From Halomicronema hongdechloris C2206 (lineage in GTDB: Bacteria > Cyanobacteriota > Cyanobacteriia > Phormidesmidales > Phormidesmidaceae), in NCBI RefSeq assembly GCF_002075285.3, contig NZ_CP021983.2, positions 3,030,001 to 3,062,000 of the forward strand: a stretch of DNA of 32,000 nt, written 5' to 3'. The notes beneath the pieces are model-generated. The model ran no database searches. It was not told the DNA's origin and worked only from the letters and a program-made list of their open reading frames with translations. Every line of letters starts with the position of its first letter. The stretch's first letter is position 1. This document shows positions 8,175 through 15,343 of this stretch, in pieces. Both the position numbers and the translations under genes were made by a program.

Positions 8175-8624
8175 ATGACAATTGGAAACAGAAACAGGGC
8201 GGAGGAAGTCCAAATTCGCCAACGGATCAATACCTGGATAGCCGCGCTTCGAGCCAAAGATGTAGACGCACTCATGGCCCATTACGCGCCGAGTCTGCTG
8301 CTGTATGATCTCGACCCTCCCCTAGTGCATCACGGAGCAGACCCATACCGCACAAGCTGACAGGAGTGGTTTGCCTCCATCCAGGGCGATGTTGGGTATG
8401 AAATCCGCAACCTGAATCTCTCGGTCGGGGATGATGTGGCCTTTAGCAACAGCATCAACCAAATGAGTGGAGTCAAAACCACTGGGGAAAAGTTCGATAT
8501 CTGGGTGCGTATGACCGTTGGCTACCGCAAGCAGGATGGCCGGTGGCGCGTAGTTCATGAGCATATCTCGGTGCCTTTTTATATGAATGGCAGCTTTAAG
8601 GCCGCTGTTGACCTGGAACCATAG
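8175..8624 (+). pseudogene. SnoaL/NTF2-like (DUF4440-type) gene with one in-frame TGA
   Basis: The ORFs 8175-8360 and 8436-8624 share one frame. ...GADPYRTS is followed by TGA (8358-8360), then QEWFASIQGD. The intact paralog at 10000-10410 reads ADAYRQSWDEWQ at this position, so the TGA replaces a Trp codon (TGG). Confidence 0.75.
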
Positions 8625-8677
8625 GTCTATGTAGTATCAGAGCTTACAAATTTTAGCGAGTGAGGAGAGTTGCTCCA

Positions 8678-9538
8678 ATGATTTGTGTTCCTAAATGGTT
8701 TGGCGGTCTAGTCGCGGGTAGTGTCATGACCATAGTGGCACAACCTGCTCTGGCTGAAGCAGGGGTTCAGCCTGTCACCCCCCTGCTTGCCCAACAAGAA
8801 GTCCCTGCCCAGGTGGATTTCGCTCCGCATTTTCAGGATCTGGGGATAGAAGGTTCAATCATCATTTACGACCTGAACCTGAACCAGACCTATCAGCACA
8901 ATTCTGAGCGCAATAGCACTCCCTACTTGCCCGGCTCGACCTTCAAAATTCTCAATTCACTGATTTCCTTAGAAGCAGGCGTCATTGACAATGACCTGGC
9001 AATTCTTACCTGGGACGGAGTTGAGCGCATCGTCCCCGCATGGAACCGGGATCTGAATATGCGCACCGCCTTTCCCCTATCCGCCGTCTGGTTCTACCAG
9101 GTGCTGGCCCGTCGGGTGGGTCACGATCGCATGCAACAGTCGGTGGCGGAGGCTGGCTATGGTAACCAGGATATTGGTAGTGCTGAAGACATTGATACCT
9201 TCTGGTTAACAGGTGATTTACGCACCACCCCCGAAGAGCAAATTGATTTTCTGCGTCGCCTTTATAACGATGATGTGCCCTTTTCGGAGGATGTCATCGC
9301 CCTGGGTAAAGACATCATGATCGTGGAACAAACCCCTGATTACACCATTCGCGCCAAAACGGGCTGGGTTGGCTTTGGTGAACCCGATCAGGAGCAAATC
9401 GGCTGGTACGTAGGCTACGTAGAACAGGCTGACAATGTTTACTTTTTCGCTACCAATATCGACATTCGAGATGAGGATGATCCAGCTGCCAGGGTAGAGG
9501 TGACCCGTCGCTGCTTGGAGACTCTACAGCTGCTCTAG
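8678..9538 (+). CDS. class D (OXA-type) beta-lactamase
   Basis: GAGGAG lies 10 nt before the ATG at 8678. Signal peptide MICVPKWFGGLVAGSVMTIVAQPALA. Motifs STFK (PGSTFKILN), SAV, YGN and KTG (AKTGW) occur in the canonical order. Confidence 0.85.
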   Translation: MICVPKWFGGLVAGSVMTIVAQPALAEAGVQPVTPLLAQQEVPAQVDFAPHFQDLGIEGSIIIYDLNLNQTYQHNSERNSTPYLPGSTFKILNSLISLEAGVIDNDLAILTWDGVERIVPAWNRDLNMRTAFPLSAVWFYQVLARRVGHDRMQQSVAEAGYGNQDIGSAEDIDTFWLTGDLRTTPEEQIDFLRRLYNDDVPFSEDVIALGKDIMIVEQTPDYTIRAKTGWVGFGEPDQEQIGWYVGYVEQADNVYFFATNIDIRDEDDPAARVEVTRRCLETLQLL

Positions 9539-9564
9539 AGATTGAATGTTGGGGAGGATATCCC

Positions 9565-9981
9565 ATGAAAACAACTGAAATTAGCTGTCTTTGCGGGACC
9601 GTCAAAGTGCAGCTAACGGGCCATCCAATCACCCAGTTCTACTGCCACTGCGACGACTGTCAGGCCACTAGTGGCGGTGCCTACATTGGCGTGGCCGTCT
9701 ATCCTGTCGATGCCGTCAAGATAATGCAGGGTGAACTCACAACCTGGACGCTCAAAAGCTTGCCCCGACAGCGCTGTGCCGTTTGTGGCACCCACGTTAT
9801 GGCTGAAGTGCCAGGGCTGGCTCAAGTTGGCATCAAGGCAAATCTGTTGCCAAAAGGAGAATTCAAACCCGACTTTCATCTCCATTGCCGGTATGCCGTT
9901 CTGCCGGTCAAAGATGATTTACCACACTTCAAAGATTTGCCTGCTAGCTTTGGGGGCACCGACGGGACTTCTAACTGGTAA
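9565..9981 (+). CDS. GFA family protein (glutathione-dependent formaldehyde-activating / CENP-V-like)
   Basis: Cys pattern CLCG...CHCDDCQ...CAVCGTHV is typical of GFA zinc sites. GGGGAGGA lies upstream. Confidence 0.8.
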   Translation: MKTTEISCLCGTVKVQLTGHPITQFYCHCDDCQATSGGAYIGVAVYPVDAVKIMQGELTTWTLKSLPRQRCAVCGTHVMAEVPGLAQVGIKANLLPKGEFKPDFHLHCRYAVLPVKDDLPHFKDLPASFGGTDGTSNW

Positions 9982-9999
9982 TTAACAAAGGAGATATGT

Positions 10000-10410
10000 A
10001 TGGCAGATAACGATACCCAATCGACCCGTAAAGCATCGATTCAAAACTTATTGGAGCAATGGGCTAGTGCCACTCGTTTTGGCAAACAGGACGATGTCCT
10101 GGTGAATCATGCTCCAGATGTCACCATCTTCGACGTTCTACCGCCTCTTCAATATGAGAGCGCAGACGCGTACCGCCAAAGCTGGGATGAGTGGCAGCCG
10201 ACAACCAAGGGACCGGGGATTTTTGAGCTCCACAACCTTAAAATCACAGCGGGTAAGGATGTGGCCTTTGCCTACGGTTTGATTCGATGTGGGGGCACAA
10301 AACCCGATGGAAAAACTTTTGAAGACTGGGTGCGCGCTACATTTTGCCTTTGCAATGTTAATGGCAACTGGCGCATCACCCATCAGCATATTTCGATGCC
10401 CATTGGCTGA
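10000..10410 (+). CDS. SnoaL/NTF2-like (DUF4440-type) protein
   Basis: It is a paralog of 8175-8624 (…DVAFAYGLIRCGG...WRITHQHISMP versus …DVAFSNSINQMSG...WRVVHEHISVP). AAGGAG lies upstream. Confidence 0.75.
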   Translation: MADNDTQSTRKASIQNLLEQWASATRFGKQDDVLVNHAPDVTIFDVLPPLQYESADAYRQSWDEWQPTTKGPGIFELHNLKITAGKDVAFAYGLIRCGGTKPDGKTFEDWVRATFCLCNVNGNWRITHQHISMPIG

Positions 10411-10666
10411 AGATAGAACTCCCGTAAGCTCTAAAGCAAAATCGGTTTCCTCATACTGTTTGCTTTTCTTAAACGGGTTTTTACCTCAGTTCCACATCCA
10501 GGCAATATAATACAGATAAACTAGTTACAGCAATCGAGCCAACGCTTTGGCCGATTGCGCGTCGGGTAGATTCCCAGTTCTGAGCGTTTTAGCAGTTGCA
10601 TATGTCCTAACCTACCCGACCAACGCGACATACCCTATTGCCATTTGCAAACTGAGGAAGCAGGCA

Positions 10667-11098
10667 ATGACTAATGACGCAAAAACCGCGATCGCAACCA
10701 TCATTCCGACTTTACGCTACCGGGATGCATCTGCTGCCGTTGACTGGCTTTGCCAAGCCTTTGGGTTTGAAAAGCATTTGGTTGTCCCCGATGACGATGG
10801 CGGGATTGCCCACGCCGAACTGGTGTTTGGCAACGGCATGGTGATGGTGGGCGCTGCCTGTGAGGATGAATTCGGTCGGCTGCAACAGCCCCCGAGTCAG
10901 GGAAACGCCGTCGTCACGCAGAGTCCTTACATTCTGGTCGAGGACGTAGATAAACATTACGAACGGGCCGTTGCGGCGGGAGCTCAAATCGTCACGGATA
11001 TCAAAGATCAAGATTACGGCGGGCGCGACTACTCTTGCCGCGACCCGGAGGGTCATGTGTGGAACTTTGGCACCTACGACCCGTGGACTGCTGGTTAG
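10667..11098 (+). CDS. VOC family protein (glyoxalase-fold)
   Basis: ATG at 10667 follows GAGGAAG. IIPTLRYRDASAAVDWLCQAFGF...HAELVFGNGMVMVG...YGGRDYSCRDPEGHVWNFGTYDPW. The long-ORF start at 10547 lacks support. Confidence 0.8.
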   Translation: MTNDAKTAIATIIPTLRYRDASAAVDWLCQAFGFEKHLVVPDDDGGIAHAELVFGNGMVMVGAACEDEFGRLQQPPSQGNAVVTQSPYILVEDVDKHYERAVAAGAQIVTDIKDQDYGGRDYSCRDPEGHVWNFGTYDPWTAG

Positions 11099-11132
11099 GA
11101 ACAACTCATCCATTTAGCCCAAGGAGGGCGCT

Positions 11133-11549
11133 ATGAAACTGATTCCCTATCTCAACTTTGACGGTGACTGCGAAGCCGCATTCACGTTTTACGAACAGGT
11201 TTTTGGCGGCAAACTGGGCGACAAAATGATTTATAAAGGGTCGCCGATGGAAGCAGACGTGCCGCCCGAATGGCACGACAAGATTATGCACACTCACCTG
11301 ACTATCGGCGATCAGGAAATCATGGGGTCGGATGCGCCACCTGCTTATTTCAAAGAACCCCAGGGCACTGAGGTAACTATCCAAATTGATGATCCTGAAA
11401 AAGCCGAGCAAATCTTCAGGGCTTTAGCCGAAAACGGCACCGTCAAAATGGACATTCAGGAAACTTTTTGGGCCAAGCGTTTTGGCATGTTGACTGATCA
11501 GTTTGGCATTCCCTGGATGGTCAATTGCGACAAAGCGCCTGAGGAGTAA
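11133..11549 (+). CDS. VOC-superfamily protein (PhnB-like)
   Basis: MKLIPYLNFDGDCEAAFTFYEQVFGG...MHTHLTIGDQEIMGSD...FWAKRFGMLTDQFGIPWMVN. AAGGAGG lies upstream. Confidence 0.8.
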   Translation: MKLIPYLNFDGDCEAAFTFYEQVFGGKLGDKMIYKGSPMEADVPPEWHDKIMHTHLTIGDQEIMGSDAPPAYFKEPQGTEVTIQIDDPEKAEQIFRALAENGTVKMDIQETFWAKRFGMLTDQFGIPWMVNCDKAPEE

Positions 11550-11562
11550 CCCTATTCGACCT

Positions 11563-11787
11563 ATGACACTGACACTCGAAGAACTGCAAGAAAAACTAGC
11601 TGACATCAATCAACTGGTCGCTAATCTCCAAACTTCTGCTGCATTTGAAAAATACTACGCTGATGACATTGTCATGATTGAGGGAGATGGCACAGTTACA
11701 ACCGGAAAGAATGCCTGTCGCCGGGGTCGAGAATTCTTTTTTAAGGAGATGCTAATCGAGTTCAGAGAATCGAAGCTGATTAGCTAA
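11563..11787 (+). pseudogene. truncated SnoaL-like gene fragment (N-terminal ~74 aa only)
   Basis: MTLTLEELQEKLADINQLVANLQTSAAFEKYYADDIVMIEGDGTVTTGKNA... resembles SnoaL-type N-termini, but it stops at about 60% of the usual length. The following sequence switches frame. Confidence 0.5.
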
Positions 11788-11788
11788 C

Positions 11789-12145
11789 ATGTCGCCGTTT
11801 CGGCTGAGAAGGAATACGATTTTAGGGCAGGGAGAAATGTGTGGCGAGGGCGGTGACATGACCTCCATCATGACCCTGGGCTATAACCCGCAGACGCAGC
11901 GGTACGTCGGCACCTGGGTCGGCTCAATGATGAGCCTTCTGTGGGTATATGACGGCGAACTCGATGCCGCCCGACAAGTGTTGACGCTGATCTCCGAAGG
12001 CCCGGCGATGACGGGCGACGGCACTGCTCAATACAGAGACGAGATTGCCTTTGAAGACGATGACCATCGGGTAATGACTTCCCACATGATGAGAGCGGAC
12101 GGGCAGTGGCACTGGTTCATGACTGCCCATTATCGACGCAGATAG
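11789..12145 (+). pseudogene. C-terminal fragment of a DUF1579-like gene
   Basis: ...TLGYNPQTQRYVGTWVGSMMSLLWVYDGELDAARQVLTLISEGP...DDDHRVMTSHMMRADGQWHWFM resembles the C-terminal half of DUF1579 proteins, as far as I recall the family. There is no credible N-terminal half or RBS. It abuts the preceding fragment with a 1-nt gap. Confidence 0.4.
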
Positions 12146-12306
12146 AACTTACGAATAGCCTCCTTTCATCCCCAATTCTGGGAGCAGCGCCTAAGCTCAG
12201 TAGGGTGCCTACCCTAATTCGGTGAAATTCTGTAAGAAGCTGGTGTGACCGTGGCCAAACAGATTGACGAACGTGTTATCTCGCTCAATTGGCTCGATAC
12301 AGCTCG

Positions 12307-12385
12307 CGCTCGTCGAGCGCAGGAAGCGATGATGAAGATGGTGAAGATTGACATCTCCGATATTGAGCGGGCAGCAAACAAATGA
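12307..12385 (+). pseudogene. 3' fragment of a PhnB-like VOC gene (paralog of 3621-3699)
   Basis: cgctcgtcgagcgcaggaagcgatgatgaagatggtgaagattgacatctccga... is nearly identical to the last ~26 codons of the gene at 3211-3699. The similarity continues about 115 nt into the downstream spacer (to about 12503). Confidence 0.7.
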
Positions 12386-12525
12386 CCTTGACCAACTGAT
12401 CAGGAAGCCGACTGCGGGATAGCGATCGCCCGCACTAGAGCCGCCGATCTGGGCGTTTTGACAGGATTGCATCACTCGCAGCAGTCCGGTGATGCGAGAC
12501 GCCAACGCCCATCACCAATACCCAC

Positions 12526-12747
12526 TTGTGGACTTTTCTAGTGGTGCTGGGGCGAGGCAAGCGCCTCTTCGGTGAGACTGCCAAGCCATTGGCGCTGCGG
12601 CTCGTCCGCTCTCAGGTTTCGACCACTGGCGTTGTGATGAGCACCTATATACCAGATAGCGATATCCAGCCCGATGCGATCGCGAGTGACGAGCCGAGTG
12701 AGCAGGAGTTGGCGCGACGCAAAAAGATGGCGAATGAGATGTGGTGA
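12526..12747 (+). pseudogene. 3' fragment of a DHFR-family gene (paralog of 4311-4532)
   Basis: A 222-nt segment is collinear with the last 73 codons of 3864-4532: WTFLVVLGRGKRLFGETAKPLALRLVRSQVSTTGVVMSTY...ELARRKKMANEMW versus WTFPVVLGRGKRLF...ANEMR. Confidence 0.8.
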
Positions 12748-12754
12748 GACGAAA

Positions 12755-13393
12755 ATGACCGACCTGATCCTCACAACTTTCGACTGGGTTCCCAAGACAC
12801 CCCGGGGCTATGTGCGTGATATCCGGGTGCGGTGGGCGTTGGAAGAGGCACGCTTGCCCTACAGCGTCACGAGCGTGCCATTTCGCGATCGGAGCGCCGA
12901 GCATTTCTCGCACCAACCCTTCGGGCAAGTGCCATGGTTGACCGATGGAGATATCTCGATCTTCGAGAGCGGGGCGATCCTGCTTCATCTGGGCGAGTTG
13001 AGTGACAGGCTGATGCCTGCCGAGCCGCACGGTCGCAGCGAAGTTATTCAATGGCTGTTCGCCGCGCTCAACTCAGTCGAGATGGCGAGCCTGCCATGGT
13101 CCCTATTTAAGTTCTCTGGTGATACTGAAGGGACGCCGGGACGAAAGCACCTAGATGAGTTCCTCAAGGCTCGGCTCCATCACATGGAGAAGGTGTTGGC
13201 GGGACGCCAATGGTTGACCGCAACCTTCTCCGTCGCCGACATACTCATGGCGGATGTGCTGCGCCTTGTCGATCGGTTCGACGGGCTGGTGGAATCCCCG
13301 GCCTGTCGTGACTATGTCGCGCACGCAACCGCTCGTCCTGCCTTCGTGAAGGCGCATGCAGACCAGATGGCGCATTTCGCTAAAGCAGACTGA
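12755..13393 (+). CDS. glutathione S-transferase family protein
   Basis: ATG at 12755. It has an N-terminal thioredoxin-like part (FGQVPWLTDGDISIFESGAILLHLGE) and a helical C-terminal domain. The long-ORF start at 12674 lies inside the DHFR fragment. Confidence 0.85.
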   Translation: MTDLILTTFDWVPKTPRGYVRDIRVRWALEEARLPYSVTSVPFRDRSAEHFSHQPFGQVPWLTDGDISIFESGAILLHLGELSDRLMPAEPHGRSEVIQWLFAALNSVEMASLPWSLFKFSGDTEGTPGRKHLDEFLKARLHHMEKVLAGRQWLTATFSVADILMADVLRLVDRFDGLVESPACRDYVAHATARPAFVKAHADQMAHFAKAD

Positions 13394-13566
13394 GGCACCA
13401 GTGTTTGTTTCGCCAAAGACCCCACAAATCGCCAGAAGCAAGTTGCGGTTCAACCATGCATTCAGTGGGCGTTAGGTGGCATAGAAATTTCGGCTCCACT
13501 TCACGAAGGTAGTCAAACGGAACTCACAATCATTCGCTGTTTATGCAGACTTAGGAGGAGACAGAC

Positions 13567-13630
13567 ATGACCATAGACATTCTTGGCACCACCGACAACC
13601 TGCGGACGCAGCGGTTCTACCACGGCACAC
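13567..13630 (+). pseudogene. 5' fragment of an arr gene (first ~21 codons)
   Basis: GGAGGAGACAGAC-ATG, then MTIDILGTTDNLRTQRFYHGT parallels MNKGVLITTDTLQTQRFYHGT of 6296-7021. Homology ends abruptly after HGT. Confidence 0.7.
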
Positions 13631-13728
13631 CGGCGCTGCCTGCGGTGGTCGACTGGCCAACTTTCAGGCCGAATTGGATGCGCTACGGATTCGGGAGAAG
13701 GCGCACACGCGTGAGGCTGATGCGATCG

Positions 13729-14024
13729 CACTGACTCGTGTCGCCACTCAAGTAAGGATCATGCGGCTGTGAGTTACTCACGGCACAACAAAAGTAAGGC
13801 TTGTCGCGGTGAAAGTATGTCGCGGCCCGATCAGAGTATGTCGCATCGCGATCAGAGTTACTCACGTCATGATCAGAGTTACTCACGCCGCAATGAAAGT
13901 AACTCGTGCCGCGATCGCACCTACTCACGCCGCGATCAAAGTAACTCACGCCGCGATCAAAGTAACTCACGGCCCGATGCGAGCAACTTACGTCATGATC
14001 AAAGCAACTGTTACCTGGCTATCA
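13729..14024. repeat. degenerate 21-bp tandem repeat, about 13-14 units (consensus about RAGTAACTCACGCCGCGATCA)
   Basis: Consecutive 21-nt units can be read from 13750, for example aagtaactcacgccgcgatca at 13939 and, with two changes, at 13960; gagttactcacgtcatgatca at 13855; gagttactcacgccgcaatga at 13876. Confidence 0.85.
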
Positions 14025-14039
14025 GTAACCCTGGAACGA

Positions 14040-14328
14040 GACCGACAGTGCCGAATCTAGCAATTTTCCGGATCAGACAGGATCTATCACTAAAATCCAG
14101 GTATTTGACTATGTTCACGACCATATGCTCCCAGTCCTGTGGGGGTCTGTCCATCGCCGAAACCCCCATTCTCTCGTCGACCCCACCAGATTGCTTTCCA
14201 GCTAAGGGATACAGACGTTTTCCACAGGGTGCTTTTGAGAAAAATTGTCATGTATTTGGCCTGCCTGTGGACCCCCCCAGAAATGATGGTGTAGAATGCA
14301 GGTGTGGTAGGTCTTTCAGAGGCCGACC
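14040..14328 (+). promoter_or_regulatory. putative CRISPR leader (if the array is read on the + strand)
   Basis: Non-coding stretch directly 5' of repeat 1. TAGAAT at 14292-14297 could be a -10 box, but no good -35 is visible. Orientation is not proven. Confidence 0.3.
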
Positions 14329-15219
14329 CTTCCCACTAGGTGGGAAACTAATTGAATGGAAACATGCAAGCATACGTACACCTCACCCTCGACTCATCCT
14401 TCCCACTAGGTGGGAAACTAATTGAATGGAAACATCCAGTCCGCTCGCTTCTTGTATAGAAGCTTGTAGACCTTCCCACTAGGTGGGAAACTAATTGAAT
14501 GGAAACAAGTCTTGGACGAGGGCGGATTAGCTTTTTCTCAACTTCCCACTAGGTGGGAAACTAATTGAATGGAAACCGCTTCCACAATTCAGCTGGGCAC
14601 CTGCCCAGCTTCTCGGGCTTCCCACTAGGTGGGAAACTAATTGAATGGAAACGGGCCTCCCACTCTTTCCGGGTCGCCCAGATGATCTTCCCACTAGGTG
14701 GGAAACTAATTGAATGGAAACTTCCGTTTCCTCCTGATGGGAGGAAGGCCTTGACTGGATCTTCCCACTAGGTGGGAAACTAATTGAATGGAAACCCATC
14801 AGAAGCTCTATATCGCGCCTTGATGGAACCGCTTCCCACTAGGTGGGAAACTAATTGAATGGAAACTCCTGAGCCTGTTCACGACTCATCTTCGAGACTC
14901 GACTTCCCACTAGGTGGGAAACTAATTGAATGGAAACTCTGTTTGGCCGGTGATGGTGTCAGATAACGCGTGCTTCCCACTAGGTGGGAAACTAATTGAA
15001 TGGAAACATTCGCGCACCACCCGGGGGTGATGATGACTTCAGACTTCCCACTAGGTGGGAAACTAATTGAATGGAAACATTCGCGCACCACCCGGGGGTG
15101 ATGATGACTTCAGACTTCCCACTAGGTGGGAAACTAATTGAATGGAAACTCCTAAAGAGTCCTCCAGGAATTGCAGCAAGGCGACTTCCCACTAGGTGGG
15201 AAACTAATTGAATGGAAAC
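14329..15219 (+). CRISPR. CRISPR array, 13 identical 35-nt repeats and 12 spacers (34-41 nt)
   Basis: Repeat CTTCCCACTAGGTGGGAAACTAATTGAATGGAAAC starts at 14329, 14399, 14472, 14542, 14618, 14687, 14761, 14832, 14903, 14973, 15044, 15115 and 15185. It has an internal hairpin TTCCCAC-TAG-GTGGGAA. The 3' end ...ATGGAAAC resembles Cas6-type 8-nt handles, which is why the + strand is preferred. Confidence 0.95.
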
Positions 15220-15343
15220 GGCAACCAAGGCAGAAGGATGAAGGATGAAGGATGAAAGGGACATGTCTGACTGTCGTATAGGCCATAATTTTCAAGCCTT
15301 TCCACAGTTCTAAAGTCCTCGATTACTCGCTGCCTTCTGCCTT

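Noticed and set aside
7865-8360. The in-frame TAA and TGA as programmed recoding (selenocysteine or readthrough).
   Set aside because: One of the two is a TAA. The TGA aligns to a Trp in the paralog, not a Cys. No convincing SECIS-like hairpin follows the TGA. Simple nonsense mutation or sequencing error is more parsimonious.
736-11787. Longest-ORF start codons at 736, 2168, 8660, 10547, 11503, 12674, 25222 and 25330.
   Set aside because: Each overlaps the upstream gene or lacks an RBS. Internal ATGs with Shine-Dalgarno-like sequences or signal peptides (793, 2252, 8678, 10667, 11563, 12755, 25207, 25372) fit better.
3100-13650. Integron gene-cassette array. The genes are co-directional and promoterless-looking, they include the classic cassette genes arr and OXA, and GTTAGGC/GTTAGGT core-like sequences occur at 5762 and 13466.
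   Set aside because: Many intergenic gaps are only 10-40 nt, too short for attC sites. I could find no imperfect inverted-repeat attC structures or complementary RYYYAAC partners. No intI-like integrase lies in the window. The GTTAGG motifs sit within a duplicated spacer and are explained by the segmental duplication.
13683-13970. Minus-strand 95-aa ORF encoding VSYFDRG-like heptad repeats.
   Set aside because: Two + frames and one - frame are open across the repeat simply because the 21-mer carries few stops. There is no RBS and no recognisable protein family. It is kept as a DNA repeat rather than a CDS.
13769-15264. ORFs 13769-14425, 14527-14799, 14565-14771, 14879-15091 and 14992-15264 from the ORF track.
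   Set aside because: They run through the 21-bp repeat and the CRISPR repeats, translating the repeat as LPTRWETN / FPPSGK. They are artefacts of periodic stop-free sequence.
14040-15320. tracrRNA-like anti-repeat or a degenerate extra repeat in the CRISPR flanks.
   Set aside because: Only weak resemblances were seen (gttttccaca at about 14218 and ctttccaca at about 15298, versus gtttccatt). They are too short to support an anti-repeat.
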